DNA of 64,000 nt from a virus. Lineage: Duplodnaviria > Caudoviricetes. The stretch covers positions 1-64,000 of the IMG/VR virus record IMGVR_UViG_3300037418_002577, one strand, 5' to 3'. Positions 46,386 to 55,534 of the stretch are shown in pieces (within the stretch, counting starts at the first letter, position 1; each line of letters opens with the position of its first letter). A program made the position numbers and the translations under genes. Under the pieces are notes generated by a model. It was given only the letters and a program-made list of their open reading frames with translations. It did not search any database and was not told the DNA's origin.

Positions 46386-48220
46386 CGCTGCACATGGAAT
46401 ATCAGGGGCCATCCGACAGTTCCTTCACGACGCTCGACGTGACGGCCGACCGGATCACCGACCTGAAGCTCCACTTCTCGACGGAGCACGCGTCCTACGC
46501 GACATGGATCATGCGGCAGGCCGAGCACACGATGCCGATCCTGCGGAATTCGTTCATCCGGATTTGGGACGACTCGAACAACGGCAATGCCGAGGACACG
46601 CCCTACGGGCCTTGGTCACAGTCGCGACCTCAGTTCGAGGGGTTCGTGGATGAAGTCTCCCCAGGCGACGACTCGACGACGATTCGATACCTCGCCTACG
46701 ATCCGACCGTCATCGTCTCGCGGGAAACTCAGGTCATGTCGACGGGCTGGATCGACGACGGAAACGGCGGGTACACCGAGGGGCAGGGGGCGACGCCGCG
46801 GCTGGTCCTGAACGAGTACATCGACAGTTCCCCGGATTGGCCGTTCGAGCGCGATCACAACGTCACCGTGGGCGGCATGATCACCGGCATCCTGCAGGAC
46901 GCGAATCTGCCGCTCGTGCGGTTCAACGCGGCGCCCAGCGGCGCTTTGGCTTGGAACCCGGCGGACATCGTCGACTTCAACTTCCGGCCCCAGGAAAAGA
47001 TGGTGTTCGACTCGATGGGGATTCGTTCCGCGATCGAGTCCGTGCTGCGCTGGGAGCCGGCCGTCAAGCTGTTCTTCACCCCCGGGTTGCGGACGTGGAA
47101 TTTTTTCAACGCCTACAACTCGCCGCGGCGGACGCTGACACTGAACCAGTTCACGGGAATCTACAAGGTTCTCAGTCGGACGCTGCGGCGTTCGTTCGCC
47201 AATCGGTACACGGCCGTCAAAATCTACGGGCCGGAGACGGCGCAGATCGCGTACTTCTCAACGGTGGATGGCACGCTCGAAACCACGGACGGCGGAGTGG
47301 TGCTCGAGAATTACAACGATTCGGGGGGCGGCGCGCAGCAAGTCGTCAGCCACACGACTTGGCAGATCGTCGATCCGACCAAGCGGCGCGGCTGGCGGCG
47401 GTTGCCGACGCCGCAATATGTGCCGATCGGTTCCTACTTCTACCAGCTCACCTACAGCCCGACCTTGCAGTATTCGTTCGACGGCGGCACGACCTGGAAC
47501 ACGCACTCCTGGCCGATTTGGGACTTCCAGAACGGGCGCGTCACGATCGGCAATAGCCACATTTTTCTATACATCAACCCGGCTCCGTTCCCGCCGACGA
47601 CGCAACATTACTTCATCCCGAACGCGATTCGGATTCAGTACGCCTACCACCTGACGCCGCTCTCCGTGCGGTCGCCGCTCACCGGCTACTCGGGGACAGC
47701 CTACACGGTGGCCAACACGCAGACGACGCTCCGGGCCCGCGATCCGATGCTGGCGGTCGGCTACGAATGGGGGACGCCCGTCACGACCGCGACCCGGCTG
47801 GCCGAGTTCCAGGCTTATGCCGATCGGCTGCAGCAGCAGCGCCGCGAGATCAACTATACGGGCGGCGTGGTGCTCGACGGCCTGCGGTACGAGTTCGCGC
47901 GGCTCAACCGGGCGATCGACCTCGCCGCGGTGGACAGCGATGGGGCGGCGCTCGTCACCGGCCTGGAGCACATGGGGGCGCTCGTGACCGACGTCGAATA
48001 CGATTACGAGAAGCGGATCACGACTCTCTTGTTCTCGTCAGACCAACTCGCGGTCGCCGGCTTCTCCCCGGAGTTCCTGAAGGCCCGGCTGCAGATCAAG
48101 GCGTTGCAGCAGATCCGGGTGTCGACGCTCAGTTACGACATCCGCTTCAACGGCAATTCGACGGTCAGCAATACCACCCAGACCATTTACGTCGACCCGA
48201 TCACCGGGCAGCAGGGGTAA
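46382..48220 (+). CDS. Tail tip/baseplate hub-like protein
   Basis: 612 aa; FEGFVDEV, RYTAVKIYG, ALVTDVEYD; position. Confidence 0.6.
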   Translation: MTLHMEYQGPSDSSFTTLDVTADRITDLKLHFSTEHASYATWIMRQAEHTMPILRNSFIRIWDDSNNGNAEDTPYGPWSQSRPQFEGFVDEVSPGDDSTTIRYLAYDPTVIVSRETQVMSTGWIDDGNGGYTEGQGATPRLVLNEYIDSSPDWPFERDHNVTVGGMITGILQDANLPLVRFNAAPSGALAWNPADIVDFNFRPQEKMVFDSMGIRSAIESVLRWEPAVKLFFTPGLRTWNFFNAYNSPRRTLTLNQFTGIYKVLSRTLRRSFANRYTAVKIYGPETAQIAYFSTVDGTLETTDGGVVLENYNDSGGGAQQVVSHTTWQIVDPTKRRGWRRLPTPQYVPIGSYFYQLTYSPTLQYSFDGGTTWNTHSWPIWDFQNGRVTIGNSHIFLYINPAPFPPTTQHYFIPNAIRIQYAYHLTPLSVRSPLTGYSGTAYTVANTQTTLRARDPMLAVGYEWGTPVTTATRLAEFQAYADRLQQQRREINYTGGVVLDGLRYEFARLNRAIDLAAVDSDGAALVTGLEHMGALVTDVEYDYEKRITTLLFSSDQLAVAGFSPEFLKARLQIKALQQIRVSTLSYDIRFNGNSTVSNTTQTIYVDPITGQQG

Positions 48221-48221
48221 A

Positions 48222-48836
48222 ATGGCGCGCCAATGGGACCGACCCGTCAACCCGATCTTCGCCGAGCGCGACGACCGGGAATTGCTGTACCGCATGAAGA
48301 CGGACATCGAGGAACTGCAAAAGCTCCTGCAGCCGGCGTTCGGATTTGGGTCGGGGGACACCGGTCTCGCCGGCACGCAGATCCCGTTCTACTTCCCGGC
48401 AGGGTCGGGGGACGGATCTTCTGGGACGGGGGCCTCTCTCTCGGTGGTGCGACTGGAAGAGCCGCTTTACCGCGGCGTCCGGGTCAACGCGCAACTCCAG
48501 AGCTGGAACGGCGCAGCCTGGGGGAACGGCGGGGGCGGCCAGATTCTCGTCTACGGCGACCTCTTCAACGGTTACGGCTTCGACGGCGAGTTGTTCGCGG
48601 CGTTCAAGTCGGTCGAAAATGATCGGTACTACGCGGTCGGCTGCGGGACGACCTTCTGCAAGGGGACCGTCGCTTCGCAGGTCACGTCTTCGGGGACGGC
48701 CTCAGTGACAGTCCGCGGGAACAAGCAAATCACGATCACCGGGTATTACGGAACGCTGGCCGCCAACAAGAAGTTCGGCGTGAATTGGGATGAATATGAT
48801 TCCAAGTGGACCATCCACGCCGGGGAGTGTAGCTGA
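48222..48836 (+). CDS. Tail-associated protein
   Basis: Context; ends IHAGECS. Confidence 0.55.
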   Translation: MARQWDRPVNPIFAERDDRELLYRMKTDIEELQKLLQPAFGFGSGDTGLAGTQIPFYFPAGSGDGSSGTGASLSVVRLEEPLYRGVRVNAQLQSWNGAAWGNGGGGQILVYGDLFNGYGFDGELFAAFKSVENDRYYAVGCGTTFCKGTVASQVTSSGTASVTVRGNKQITITGYYGTLAANKKFGVNWDEYDSKWTIHAGECS

Positions 48837-49285
48837 TGGGGTTTAAGTTTTCCGCCGGCTGCAACTGCTGTTGCCCCTGCGATCAATGCAGCGAATACAA
48901 CTGCACCACATGCTGGCAATTCACGGTGTCCGGGGTTACTGGTACGTGCCCCGCTGTGCCGGAATTCAATGGGAACTTCCTGGCTCGCCCTTTTGATTCA
49001 GGGTTAAGTAATTGCGATTGGCGTGTCTCGCACGCGCTCTTTAATCCTTGTGGCGGCGGACCATCCACTTCGATTTACTTCATCAGCGCAGATCCTGTGA
49101 ATTTCAACCTCCTGACGACGAACCTTCAAAGCGGTTCAAGTGCGTTCGCGCTCTGGACAATTCGCCGAACACTCTGGGTCTGCGACGGGCCAAACACCCT
49201 GACGCTCAATCCCGGATCATACGCATCCGCGGCTATCGGCACATGGCCGAGCACTGTCACCCTCAATAAGGTTGTGTGCCCATGA
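48836..49285 (+). CDS. Cys-rich tail-tip protein (candidate variable receptor-binding module)
   Basis: GCNCCCPCDQC N-terminus; lower GC than neighbours. Confidence 0.55.
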   Translation: MGFKFSAGCNCCCPCDQCSEYNCTTCWQFTVSGVTGTCPAVPEFNGNFLARPFDSGLSNCDWRVSHALFNPCGGGPSTSIYFISADPVNFNLLTTNLQSGSSAFALWTIRRTLWVCDGPNTLTLNPGSYASAAIGTWPSTVTLNKVVCP

Positions 49286-49551
49286 CTTGCACTGGATGCG
49301 GCAGCGCAGAACCGACGGTAACACCCGAAGGGAAAACCAGCCTCGATCATTTCCGGGAGCGATTGGCAAGAATCGACGAGCCTTGCTCCTACCGCGGGGC
49401 AGTCCTTGAAATACGCCAGTGCGACCTCTGCGGGCTCCGCTCAGAGAAGTTTGAGGTCTACGCCTGCACGTTGCACCAGGAATGCTCGCTGCACGCGCGG
49501 CACTCCAAGGTGCGATCCTGTGTCGTCTGCTCGGATTGGTCGCCACCATGA
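49282..49551 (+). CDS. Small Cys-rich protein
   Basis: CTGC, CDLC, CxxHxxC, CVVC; ATGA overlap. Confidence 0.6.
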   Translation: MTCTGCGSAEPTVTPEGKTSLDHFRERLARIDEPCSYRGAVLEIRQCDLCGLRSEKFEVYACTLHQECSLHARHSKVRSCVVCSDWSPP

Positions 49552-49644
49552 CCGGGCTTCCCAATTCCCGGTTCTCGCGGCATACTTGAAATCGGCCCCC
49601 AAGCCGTCCGCCTTCCCGGTTTTCTAAATCCCCGGAGGCGCGAC

Positions 49645-50916
49645 ATGGCGTTCAATCTTCACCAACCGCTCAACCCGGAAGGGCCCTACGGCCCGTATAC
49701 CCCCAAGCAGGTCCAACAAAACCTCGCCCCCACCCGGAGCCGGCTTCGATCCGGACTCCGGTTCGATCGGTCGGCCTTGGCTGCCAGTTACAACCAAGGG
49801 CTCGGCTCCCAGAACTTTCGCGGGGCGGTCAACATCCGGATTCCCTCGACGGCCCCGCTGGCGATGGGTCTCGGCCAGCGCATGCGTGCGAATAGCCCTG
49901 GCTCGCAGTTGCCGGTGGCACGGGCCGGTGCCGACCTCGGGGCCCGCAATTTCAATTCGATGATGGGCCAAGCCAGCCCGGATGTGACCGCGGCGAACGA
50001 CACGGCGATCGCCCGGCAGCGGACCATTGCGGCGAACCCGATGATGCACCTGGCCGGCAGTTCGCAAGCGGGGCTCGCTGGACGCATGGCTCGGCTGGCT
50101 GCGGCTCGGCGACCGGTTGGTGGAGGCGGAGGCTATGAACCGCCCGATCCCTTTGCCGGCGGCGATGGTCCGATTCTCCAGAGCCCGCGCTTCAACTCGC
50201 CCAACTCGGTTCGGGCGAGGGTCAGTTCTCCAACCGCCGCCCCCTTCACGGTGCAACGCCCAATGATGGACGCGGCCAGTCCGTCCAATTACAAGGCAGG
50301 CGACAAGCACAACCACGTCTCTCACGGCGGCGGATCGTTCAACATGAACGTCGTCGACCTGCCGGCCGAGGTGATCGCCGGCTACCGGAATCGCTCGAAC
50401 GCCAAGGCCGCGGCGCGAACTGACGCGGGCCGACAGAACATGATGGCCCGCGCGACGCTCCGGCAGTACCTCGCCAATCCCGCGGCGGCCGGCGCGTTCG
50501 GCGACGTTCCCGCGATGGCGGCGGGTGGCGGATTCGGAGGGGGGTCGCGCGGCGGCTATGGAGCGGCCGGGATGGCGGATGTGATGCGGAAGCGCCAAGA
50601 CGACCTCATGTTGCACACCGGCGCTTACCATGTAGCGATGCAAAAGGGCGAACTCCCCCCCGGTCTGACGCTGCAGCAGTACCTGGGGGCGACCGCCGGA
50701 ATCGGCGCGATGGGTGGCCAGCAGATGCCGGTTGGCGGAGCCTTGCCAAGGAACATGCAGTTCCCCGTTGCCCAGCCATTTCCGATCGCTGAACCTGCGT
50801 CTGTCACCATGAAGCGAAAGGCTCAACAGGCGGCGGCAGTGCGCGCGGCGAATGCGGCTGGCTATTTCAATGACCAGCCGCCAGCGTGGTCACAAGGAAT
50901 GGGTTTCGGCTTCTGA
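49645..50916 (+). CDS. Putative internal virion/DNA ejection protein
   Basis: Gly/Ala/Met/Gln-rich, no Cys; RBS GGAGG. Confidence 0.5.
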   Translation: MAFNLHQPLNPEGPYGPYTPKQVQQNLAPTRSRLRSGLRFDRSALAASYNQGLGSQNFRGAVNIRIPSTAPLAMGLGQRMRANSPGSQLPVARAGADLGARNFNSMMGQASPDVTAANDTAIARQRTIAANPMMHLAGSSQAGLAGRMARLAAARRPVGGGGGYEPPDPFAGGDGPILQSPRFNSPNSVRARVSSPTAAPFTVQRPMMDAASPSNYKAGDKHNHVSHGGGSFNMNVVDLPAEVIAGYRNRSNAKAAARTDAGRQNMMARATLRQYLANPAAAGAFGDVPAMAAGGGFGGGSRGGYGAAGMADVMRKRQDDLMLHTGAYHVAMQKGELPPGLTLQQYLGATAGIGAMGGQQMPVGGALPRNMQFPVAQPFPIAEPASVTMKRKAQQAAAVRAANAAGYFNDQPPAWSQGMGFGF

Positions 50917-50964
50917 GATCCCCACGAATAATCCGCAGCGTTCGCTTTTAGTTCAAGGGAAGCC

Positions 50965-53900
50965 ATGCCCATTCAGAACCCACAAGACCGCCTCAACCGC
51001 CGCCTCAACCGAATCCGAGGGGGGCGCGGCCGCACCGCGACGAAGATCGCCCCGGCTGAGGATGAGTCGATGTTCCACGCCCTCGGGCGCAAGACGCTCG
51101 GGGCGCTCGGCAAGGCGGGGAATCTACTCGACACGATCGGCGGGACGACACGCACCGCCCTGGCCGGCGAGAACCCGCTGGCCGCCGCCGCAAATCCCCT
51201 GAGCGGGGAGCACCGGGTAAGCGGCCTTGATCTGCTGACCAAGTACGCGCCCGGTCTGGTCGGCACGAACGACCCGAAGAAGTGGGAACTCGGCGACGTC
51301 GGCCGCGGGCTCGCAGGATTTGCGACCGAAGTCGCCACAGATCCGATGACCTACGTCACCCTCGGGGGATCGGCCGTCTTGAAGGGCGGCGTGCGAGGCC
51401 TGGCGCACATCGGAATCCCGTTCACCAAGATCGGGAAGGTGGTCGGCACCGGACGCGTGGGGCAGAAGATCGTCGGGGCGGGCCGTGCCGTCAAGAATGC
51501 GGCGGCCTACGGCAACATCCCCGGCACGAAGCGTTCCCCCGGCCGGGCTCTTGCCCAGGCTTTCGACTCTCGAGTACTCGAGACGGCGACCCCTGAGTTC
51601 CAGCGGGCAACTCGAGCCAGGGCCGGCGCGGCTGACGCTGCACAGGCGGCCGAGCGAATGCAGGTTGCGAAGTGGACCACCGCGTTCCATCGGGCACACG
51701 AAGCCGGGATCGTCAACGCCCACGATTCGGCGGCCGTGCGGCGGATACTCGAGGGAGTCGATGCCGTTCCCCCGGAACTCAAACAGACGGTCAATGAGAT
51801 CCACAGCCATTTGGCCTCCCGGCAGCGCGAGTACACCCGGCGCGGGATCAAGGCCCCGGTCCTCGACGACATCGTGAACTATATCCCGCGGCAGTTGAGC
51901 AGCATGGCCACCGGGCCGCGTACCAGCGGATTGTCGCCCAACACGTTCGCCGCGGTCGAGCCGAGCCAAAAAGCCCGCAAGATGTTTCTGAAGGGGATTC
52001 CCGGCGGCACCGACCCGATCACCCGTCTTGGGCGCGACCCCGTGCTCAACGACATGATCGAGAAGAATGTCGGCAAGATTCAAATCGCGCGGCACATCAA
52101 GAAGAATTACCCCGAGATCCCGGTTTCCTACAACCGAAAACTGAAGGCCGGCGAGTATGGGCCGCCCAAGCCGAAAAGCCGCGTCCGGGCCTTGGCGACC
52201 TGGCTCAAGGAAGGCGTCTCGAAAGAAACCCGCCAATCGGGGATCTTCGGCAATACGCCGCTGCATGACATCCTGACCCACCGCTCACGAGTCGCCGATC
52301 GGCTGCACAACGTCGATACCGTGTACGACGTGCTCTCCCAGGCGGCCCAGCCGATGCGGATGCAGTCGAAGTCGCAGAACATGGTGCGGCTCGACAAGGT
52401 GTTCCGGGCGCTCAAGCTCGCGCCGGGGAAGATTGGATCGGGCGGCTGGATCCAGCAGATCGGAAACCGCAACCCGGCGCTGGCTGCGGAGATGCTTCGG
52501 GCGAAAAGCCCCTTTGCGTTCGCCAAGACGCTGCACGTTCCGCGCGCGCTGGCCGAGGACGCGCTGCGTACCCGCAAGGGGCTGCGGCTCCCCGCCGCCG
52601 TCGGCCCCGTGATGCAAGGGATCGACTCCCTGACGAACGTCACCAAGGCCGGGTTGACCGGGCCGTTCGCCAGCTTCCACGCCCGCAACCGACTGTCGGG
52701 CGCCGTGAAGAATGCGACCGAGGGGTTGCTGCGGAGTCCCAAGTCAGAATTGGACGCCGGCACCCTTCTGCGCGGCGGCAGCCTGCCGGGAGTCGAGCAG
52801 ATCCCGGAAGTCGCCAACATCCTCCAGAGCCGGGGGTTGCCGATCACCAACGCGAACGCGACCGACGTGTTCCGCCAACTCGCCTTTTCGCACGGGCTCT
52901 CGCAAAGCCACCTGGGGGAAGCGGCCGCCCGGATCGGAGGCGCGCCGGAAGGGAGTTCCTTCCAATCACTCTCGAGCCAACTCCCCGGCATCGGCGGCGG
53001 CTTTCGCTGGAAGGATGTCGCCAAGCAGGCGATCGGCGCGACCCCGACGACCACCGTCAACCCGCTCAAGGGGACCGTCCGCGGCGGATTCAACGCCACC
53101 CCGGAATCCAGCTTCGGACCGGTCAAGGCCGGCGAGACCCTGGGGAATTACGTCGAGGGATTGAACCGCCTCTCCCCGCTGCTCGACGAGATGCGGCGCG
53201 GCGTGCCGAGTGCTGAGGCCGCCCGCAAGATTAAGTCCGCTCAGGTGGACTATTCCGCGAAAGCCTATACCCCGTTCGAGCGCGACGTCTTAACCCGCGT
53301 CATGCCGTTCTATAAGTTTCAGAAAGGATCTACTGTCCATCTGGCAAAGGAGTTAGCGTCTAAGCCTGGAGGCGCGACGGCTCAACTCATGAGAGCCACA
53401 AACAAACTACGTGGCGATCAGAATCAGCCGCTCCCTGAGTATGTCGGGGACACGGCGGCGATCCCTTTGCCCGGTGCTCATGCGGACGGAACGCGGTCCT
53501 ATCTGACGGGCCTGGGCCTAATGCACGAATCCCCCCTGGAGTTCGCCGGCGGCAACCCGCTGCTCGAAGCCGTCTCCCGCGCGAACCCGCTCTTGAAGGG
53601 TCCGATCGAGGCGGCGTTCGGCCAGAGCGCCTTCCAGAAGTCGGCGGAAGGGGGCCGCCCCTTGACCGACATGGACCCGCTGGCCGGCCGGCTGCTGGCG
53701 AACCTTACGGGACGAGACGAGCCGTACCGGATCAATCCGCTGCTCGAGCATGTCCTGGCCAACTCGCCCCTGTCTCGGGCGCTGACGACTGCTAAGACGC
53801 TCACTGATCGTCGTCCCTCTGCGACACTCGTCAAGAAAGCGCTCAACCTCGGGACCGGCCTGCGGATCACCGACGTCTCGCCAGCCAGCCAGGAGAAGGT

Positions 53901-54108
53901 GCTGCGCGAAAAGTTGAACGAAGAGATGCACGCGCTTGGCGGACGGAACTTCAACGAGGTGTATCTCCCTGAATCTCGCATGAAGAATATGAGCACGAGC
54001 GAACTTCAATACGTGCAACAACTTAAGAAGATGAATGCACTCTTAGGTAAGAAGGCTCGCACCCGAGCTAAGACGAAAAAGCAGAAAAAAGTAGCAATCC
54101 CCTCTTGA
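50965..54108 (+). CDS. Large internal virion/ejection protein
   Basis: 1047 aa, Gly/Ala-rich; VDY...TPFERDVLTRVMPFY motif typical of podovirus-like core proteins (recall). Confidence 0.6.
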   Translation: MPIQNPQDRLNRRLNRIRGGRGRTATKIAPAEDESMFHALGRKTLGALGKAGNLLDTIGGTTRTALAGENPLAAAANPLSGEHRVSGLDLLTKYAPGLVGTNDPKKWELGDVGRGLAGFATEVATDPMTYVTLGGSAVLKGGVRGLAHIGIPFTKIGKVVGTGRVGQKIVGAGRAVKNAAAYGNIPGTKRSPGRALAQAFDSRVLETATPEFQRATRARAGAADAAQAAERMQVAKWTTAFHRAHEAGIVNAHDSAAVRRILEGVDAVPPELKQTVNEIHSHLASRQREYTRRGIKAPVLDDIVNYIPRQLSSMATGPRTSGLSPNTFAAVEPSQKARKMFLKGIPGGTDPITRLGRDPVLNDMIEKNVGKIQIARHIKKNYPEIPVSYNRKLKAGEYGPPKPKSRVRALATWLKEGVSKETRQSGIFGNTPLHDILTHRSRVADRLHNVDTVYDVLSQAAQPMRMQSKSQNMVRLDKVFRALKLAPGKIGSGGWIQQIGNRNPALAAEMLRAKSPFAFAKTLHVPRALAEDALRTRKGLRLPAAVGPVMQGIDSLTNVTKAGLTGPFASFHARNRLSGAVKNATEGLLRSPKSELDAGTLLRGGSLPGVEQIPEVANILQSRGLPITNANATDVFRQLAFSHGLSQSHLGEAAARIGGAPEGSSFQSLSSQLPGIGGGFRWKDVAKQAIGATPTTTVNPLKGTVRGGFNATPESSFGPVKAGETLGNYVEGLNRLSPLLDEMRRGVPSAEAARKIKSAQVDYSAKAYTPFERDVLTRVMPFYKFQKGSTVHLAKELASKPGGATAQLMRATNKLRGDQNQPLPEYVGDTAAIPLPGAHADGTRSYLTGLGLMHESPLEFAGGNPLLEAVSRANPLLKGPIEAAFGQSAFQKSAEGGRPLTDMDPLAGRLLANLTGRDEPYRINPLLEHVLANSPLSRALTTAKTLTDRRPSATLVKKALNLGTGLRITDVSPASQEKVLREKLNEEMHALGGRNFNEVYLPESRMKNMSTSELQYVQQLKKMNALLGKKARTRAKTKKQKKVAIPS

Positions 54109-54133
54109 CACTTGAAAAAAACCTAAGTAGCGT
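54105..54133 (+). promoter_or_regulatory. Strong sigma70-type promoter upstream of lysis region
   Basis: TTGACA-N17-TAGCGT. Confidence 0.75.
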
Positions 54134-54139
54134 TGGTGC

Positions 54140-54260
54140 ATCGTCCGCCAAAAAAGCGGGCGGTGCAAACAACGTAGGCGTGACGGCCAAAACTGTCATT
54201 CCGAAATCTCTAGTTCGTGGAGTGCGAACAGAGCCGTTAATTGCACCGCCCGCTTTTTTA
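54140..54260 (+). ncRNA. Structured ~120-nt leader/small RNA closed by a 19-bp stem and U-tract
   Basis: Perfect inverted repeat 54150-54168 / 54241-54259, two inner hairpins, alternative 5' hairpin. Confidence 0.6.
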
Positions 54261-54283
54261 TTTGGCACGACGGAGATTAAACG

Positions 54284-54541
54284 ATGGACGTCACTCAACT
54301 TTTTACGCAACTCGGCCCGTTCGTCGGACTTGTGGTTGTGATCGGAATGGCGCTGTGGAAGTGTGCGACGTGGTTCGCCCCCCGTGTCGACAAGGTGGTC
54401 GACGGGCATGTGGAATACCTGCAATCGTCGAAAAAGGTGATGGAGTCACAGGCCGCCACGCTGACGGAGTTGAGTGCGATGGTCGGCGATATTCACAACC
54501 GGGTCATCGTGACCGGCTGTAGCCAAAACCAACGAGCATAA
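54284..54541 (+). CDS. Holin-like single-TM coiled-coil protein
   Basis: FVGLVVVIGMALW TM, then amphipathic helix; RBS GGAG; follows virion genes. Confidence 0.55.
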   Translation: MDVTQLFTQLGPFVGLVVVIGMALWKCATWFAPRVDKVVDGHVEYLQSSKKVMESQAATLTELSAMVGDIHNRVIVTGCSQNQRA

Positions 54542-54552
54542 AAGGAAACGCC

Positions 54553-54870
54553 TTGACCAATCATTTCACCCCTCCTCCGCCGCAAGCGCCCGTGGAATTC
54601 GCGATGGCCGACCAGTTGCTCTTGCAACTGCGTCGGTTTTCCCCGTTGGGGCGCGAGGTGCTGGCGCATCGGATGGGTTGCACGGAGGTCAAGGTGGTGG
54701 GCCTGTTGGCTCGGCAGATTCAAGACCTGCGGGTCGAGGAACATTCGAGGCGCTACCAATTGACGCCGCTGGGTCGCCGGGTTGCGAATGAAGTCGCGGC
54801 CCGGTCAGGCAACCCGGCGATCGCGGCGGTGTCGGTGGGAGCGTTTCAGGCGAGCTTGCTTTGCGGCTGA
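54553..54870 (+). CDS. Winged-helix-like protein (alternative start 54604)
   Basis: LGREVLAHRMG...YQLTPLGRRVA. Confidence 0.5.
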   Translation: MTNHFTPPPPQAPVEFAMADQLLLQLRRFSPLGREVLAHRMGCTEVKVVGLLARQIQDLRVEEHSRRYQLTPLGRRVANEVAARSGNPAIAAVSVGAFQASLLCG

Positions 54871-54914
54871 ATGGGTACGAAGTTTCCCCAAGTCTTATAA
54901 ACATGGAGTGCGTT

Positions 54915-55409
54915 GTGGCCAAGAAAAGCGGTTACATCCCGGCGTTTGTGAAGGCGAAGATCCTCGCCAACAAGATCTCAAAGCAAGCGCCCAAGTCGAA
55001 GCCAGGCAAGGTCACGTATCCCGACTCCTACAGCGAGTTCGAGATTCAATCGTTCCTGCACACGGCCCTACGCGAGAAGGGCTACGACGCCCGCGGCGAA
55101 GTGCGAACGACAACCGGCAAGTCGCGTTTCGACATCGTCATCTTCGAGCAGAAGAAGGCCGTGCGGATCATCGAGATCAAGAAGGGGAAGGTCGGCGGCC
55201 ACACGAAAAAGAAACACGAGCAGTCTCAGTTGCTCGCCCAGGAACTGCAGATCGAAAAGTATCGGCAACACGGGCTCCCCGTTCATCACATCCTCGGAAT
55301 GGATGCGGCGGTCGAGTATGTTGCTGGAATGCCTGACCTGGAAGCGCCTGCCGTGCGGCAAAGGAGAGTGGTCGCCGAGATGTTTACCTCGCAGTGCTGT
55401 ATCGCTTGA
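54915..55409 (+). CDS. PD-(D/E)XK-superfamily nuclease
   Basis: SEFEIQ (I), RFDIVIF (II), IIEIKK (III), QIEKY (QxxxY); GGAG before GTG 54915. Confidence 0.75.
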   Translation: MAKKSGYIPAFVKAKILANKISKQAPKSKPGKVTYPDSYSEFEIQSFLHTALREKGYDARGEVRTTTGKSRFDIVIFEQKKAVRIIEIKKGKVGGHTKKKHEQSQLLAQELQIEKYRQHGLPVHHILGMDAAVEYVAGMPDLEAPAVRQRRVVAEMFTSQCCIA

Positions 55410-55444
55410 AGATTGCGGTGGTGTGAAGTGAGGTCCAAAGAACG

Positions 55445-55497
55445 CAAAAACCGCCTGCCCCGGAAAGGTAGCGGTTTCGGCGTCGAGGTCAGTCTGG
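55445..55497 (-). ncRNA. Putative ~50-nt antisense small RNA with intrinsic terminator
   Basis: Starts just after the minus promoter; ends in AAACCGC...GCGGTTTTT hairpin/U-tract; no ORF. Confidence 0.55.
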
Positions 55498-55502
55498 GGG
55501 GA

Positions 55503-55531
55503 ATTATAACCCTCCTCGGTTATGTTTGCAA
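55503..55531 (-). promoter_or_regulatory. Strong minus-strand sigma70-type promoter
   Basis: TTGCAA-N17-TATAAT on minus strand. Confidence 0.75.
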
Positions 55532-55534
55532 GAA

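Noticed and set aside
24437-53996. Many long antisense or alternate-frame ORFs (e.g. 25235..26188, 27336..28685, 32999..34072, 44985..46376, 51124..52281)
   Set aside because: Shadow ORFs expected in high-GC coding DNA; Arg/Gly/Pro-skewed composition and full overlap with well-supported genes
54140-54260. Hammerhead ribozyme, tRNA or invertible promoter switch
   Set aside because: No CUGANGA/GAAA core in correct geometry on either strand; no T-loop or anticodon arm; promoter lies outside the repeats and 72 bp is short for inversion
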